The position numbers were made by a program, and so were the translations under genes. 10,048 nt of DNA from Candidatus Heimdallarchaeota archaeon (GTDB lineage: Archaea; Asgardarchaeota; Heimdallarchaeia; Hodarchaeales; Hodarchaeaceae), in the NCBI GenBank assembly GCA_020353515.1, contig CP070695.1, forward strand, positions 246,458 through 256,505, given 5' to 3'. A model generated the notes under the pieces. That model had not been told where the DNA came from. It saw only the letters and a program-made list of their open reading frames with translations, and made no database searches. Below, one piece after another: positions 7,829 to 10,048 of the stretch. Each line of letters opens with the position of its first letter. Position 1 is the first letter of the stretch.

Positions 7829-9283
7829 TTATATGAGATTGGAATATTTCGTGGTGAATTGTCTTTTTGGACATGATATATCTTCGATATTTGTACCAAC
7901 AACTTCATTATTGAAAAGAAAGAGTTCTAATAACCTTGTTAATACAATTGAATCACACTCTTCCCGAGAACGATCTCTAAAGTCCCATAATGTTAAGTAC
8001 CATTTTTCTTGCTGGAATTTTTCTTTATCGATAGCACAATCTTCTTTTTCTTGTTTGGATTTACTTTTATAATTGAATTTTCCCTTTTGAAAAAGTAAAA
8101 CCTCGTAGAAGCAATGGTCAAATACTATTTTAGATTTAAATTGACTAATAACTTCCCACTGTGCTTCTGGCTGGTGTTGAATCGTTATTTTGTCACGGAG
8201 GCGTAATCCATGTTTCATAACATGATCTGTTAGTTTATTAAGAGACAAATTGGATACAGAATTATCTAAAGAGTCATGCATAACTGCTAAAATGCGGCCA
8301 GGAAATAGGTTGTCAATTAATTTTGAAAATTTTTCATTGAGGGCAGTATTAGGAATATTTCTGCAATTTAAGACTAATAAATGATAATTATAATTATTGA
8401 TGGGTTTATATTCATTTAAAGCTTGAGGTAGAAAGGAATAATTCGTTTTCTCTCTTTGGTTGTTGCTTTTTATTCGAATTTTCTCCAATTGTAAAATATC
8501 GTCACTTATAGGGTCTGAATCAAAGAAATTATCGAGATTTTTTATTGAAAATCCTGATTTCTCACGAATTACAGGGATAAGTTCTTCTAGGATTTCTACT
8601 CCAATTGAGTTTCGCTTGAGTTGCCGTGCGACTTTCATTGTAGTTCCTGAACCTAGAAATGGGTCACAAATCCATGCTCCTTTTTGGGTAAAAATCTTGA
8701 TAAGTTTGCTAGGTAGTTCATCTGGAAAAGCAGCAATATTAGTTTCAAGTCGTCCCTTCAGAGGTAAAACATTAGTTATTTCCCAAATATCCTGATATGA
8801 ATTTATTTCATCTTTAGTAAGTTTTAACGGAGATGGTTTCTGAAATATAAGAATATTTTCAAGCAAGTTGTCGGGATAATAATACATGGGATACGGATTT
8901 TGTAATAAGACACCACTTCGCCTACTAATACGAATGTATCCTTCAGGCTTCCTCCAAACAATCTTTCCTCTTAAGATATAACCCGTATTAAAGAATATTT
9001 TAATCGTATCAGAGATAATCGGATATTTAACACTTTTAATCAGCATATCATCGATATTAAGACCGATGATACCACCTGGCTTTAAAGCTTTGAAATACAA
9101 ATCCGCAAATTTATTCATCATATGTAAGAAGGCTTCATAATTTTCAAAAAGTTCATCATAATCAAAAGGAGCATTAAAATATGGAGGAGATGTCACTAAA
9201 AGGTCAATTGCTGGCAGATTGAGAATTTCAGTTGCTTTGGTACAATCTCCAATTAAAAGGTAGTGTTTTGTTGGGAAAGACAT
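7829..9283 (-). CDS. Beta-class amino-DNA methyltransferase (N6_N4_Mtase; SPPY suggests m4C) with a degenerate second MTase-like domain at the C-terminus
   Basis: Motif IV IDLLVTSPPYF (about 9179-9190), LKPGG, ENILIFQK, DIWEI, AAFPDELP, motif I ICDPFLGSGTT (about 8645-8665) and RNSIGVEI. Motif IV before motif I is the beta order. aa 300-484 echoes the same fold without the catalytic motifs. Confidence 0.92.
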   Translation of the reverse strand: MSFPTKHYLLIGDCTKATEILNLPAIDLLVTSPPYFNAPFDYDELFENYEAFLHMMNKFADLYFKALKPGGIIGLNIDDMLIKSVKYPIISDTIKIFFNTGYILRGKIVWRKPEGYIRISRRSGVLLQNPYPMYYYPDNLLENILIFQKPSPLKLTKDEINSYQDIWEITNVLPLKGRLETNIAAFPDELPSKLIKIFTQKGAWICDPFLGSGTTMKVARQLKRNSIGVEILEELIPVIREKSGFSIKNLDNFFDSDPISDDILQLEKIRIKSNNQREKTNYSFLPQALNEYKPINNYNYHLLVLNCRNIPNTALNEKFSKLIDNLFPGRILAVMHDSLDNSVSNLSLNKLTDHVMKHGLRLRDKITIQHQPEAQWEVISQFKSKIVFDHCFYEVLLFQKGKFNYKSKSKQEKEDCAIDKEKFQQEKWYLTLWDFRDRSREECDSIVLTRLLELFLFNNEVVGTNIEDISCPKRQFTTKYSNLI

Positions 9284-9654
9284 TGATCATCTACATATTG
9301 TAAAAGTGAATTATGAAACAAAATACTCTTTTTGTGTTAATGTGACAGAAAAATATCAAGATTCTTATAATTTGTCAATATTTTGAGTATTTGATATGTC
9401 GCCAAATCATGGTTTGAAGACTTATTAACTCGAATCAGAAATTTTTATCTAAATCATTCAAAAAAAATGGGTTAGTGATGTTTTAGGAAGATTCTAAGGC
9501 TTCAAAATTATTCTTTTGAAGACGATCTGCCAAGAAAAACGCTATTGTGAACAGTGAAAACAGTACTAGATGGATTGCAGGTCGTAAAATCAAGCTAGTA
9601 AAAGAAAAATTAGCGAGATTATGTTGAAATCTTCATCTATTTACAACGTTCTGT

Positions 9655-10047
9655 TTAAGGTGGGAAATCCTCATTTACAGAATCGATTCTTTGATTCCGT
9701 GATCCAAGATCAGTGGTTTGATAAACTAATAGAATTGTAAACAGAGATGAAACAACAAGAGAGAGCATGAACAACCCAAGAAACACCATCATGTCTCCGC
9801 TAAAACCAAGATAGGCACTAAAAGTATCTACCAGCCAATGACTAATAATACACGGTAATAAGCTATTTGTGCCCACACGGACGTAGCCCCAGGCGATACC
9901 AATGACTGAAGCCCACACAAGTTGTCCTAAAACGAAAGATGGAGTACTGATTAGCTCTGGAATGTCGAGTAAATGCGTTAATCCGAAAATGAAACCAGCT
10001 AAAAAAATGGCTTTGTGATGTTTTCCCTGCTCCTCTGGATATTTCTT
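9655..10047 (-). CDS. CPBP family (CAAX protease/Abi, Rce1-like) intramembrane metalloprotease, 5' end beyond the right edge
   Basis: The frame stays open upstream of the track's start at 9918: KKYPEEQGKHHKAIFLAGFIFGLTHLLDIPELISTPSFVLGQLVWASVIGIAWGYVRVGTNSLLPCIISHWLVD. FGLTH (FxxxH) and TNSLLPCIISHWLVD (HxxxD/N) are conserved CPBP motifs, with several TM helices. The EExxxR motif would lie outside the window. Confidence 0.88.
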   Translation of the reverse strand, partial: KKYPEEQGKHHKAIFLAGFIFGLTHLLDIPELISTPSFVLGQLVWASVIGIAWGYVRVGTNSLLPCIISHWLVDTFSAYLGFSGDMMVFLGLFMLSLVVSSLFTILLVYQTTDLGSRNQRIDSVNEDFPP

Positions 10048-10048
10048 T

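Noticed and set aside
6240-8795. Plus-strand ORFs 6240..6518, 7323..7550, 7833..8072 and 8460..8795
   Set aside because: They are antisense to the AOR and MTase genes and have no recognisable features.
9655-9918. 87-aa ORF as a complete small membrane protein
   Set aside because: The frame is open to the window edge; this is the C-terminal part of a CPBP protease.
7829-10048. Restriction-modification or Abi defence island (MTase + 'Abi' protease + PLD domain)
   Set aside because: No endonuclease or helicase is present, and the PLD-like domain lacks HKD. The CPBP 'Abi' label is historical and does not imply abortive infection.
1-10048. CRISPR arrays, tRNA/rRNA, IS elements or long DNA repeats
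   Set aside because: None seen by eye: no regularly spaced repeats, GC-rich structured segments, transposase motifs or terminal inverted repeats.

Overview
AT-rich, gene-dense prokaryotic window with six genes and no CRISPR array, RNA gene or mobile element. It looks archaeal (AGGAG/AGGTG ribosome-binding sites, TATA-like promoter, TrmB and AOR families). An Asgard-type host is plausible but is only my inference. In order: (1) a DegT/DnrJ/EryC1/StrS PLP-dependent aminotransferase on the minus strand, cut by the left edge and missed by the ORF track; (2) a divergent YggS/PLPBP PLP-homeostasis gene; (3) a 1398-aa protein that looks like a TrmB regulator whose N-terminal winged helix and C-terminal PLD-like domain are separated by about 1170 aa of acidic coiled coil; (4) a convergent aldehyde:ferredoxin oxidoreductase-family gene with substituted active-site motifs; (5) a beta-class N4/N6 DNA methyltransferase fused to a degenerate second copy of itself; (6) the 3' part of a CPBP (CAAX/Abi) intramembrane protease, cut by the right edge. 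Genes 3, 5 and 4 are the most unusual.
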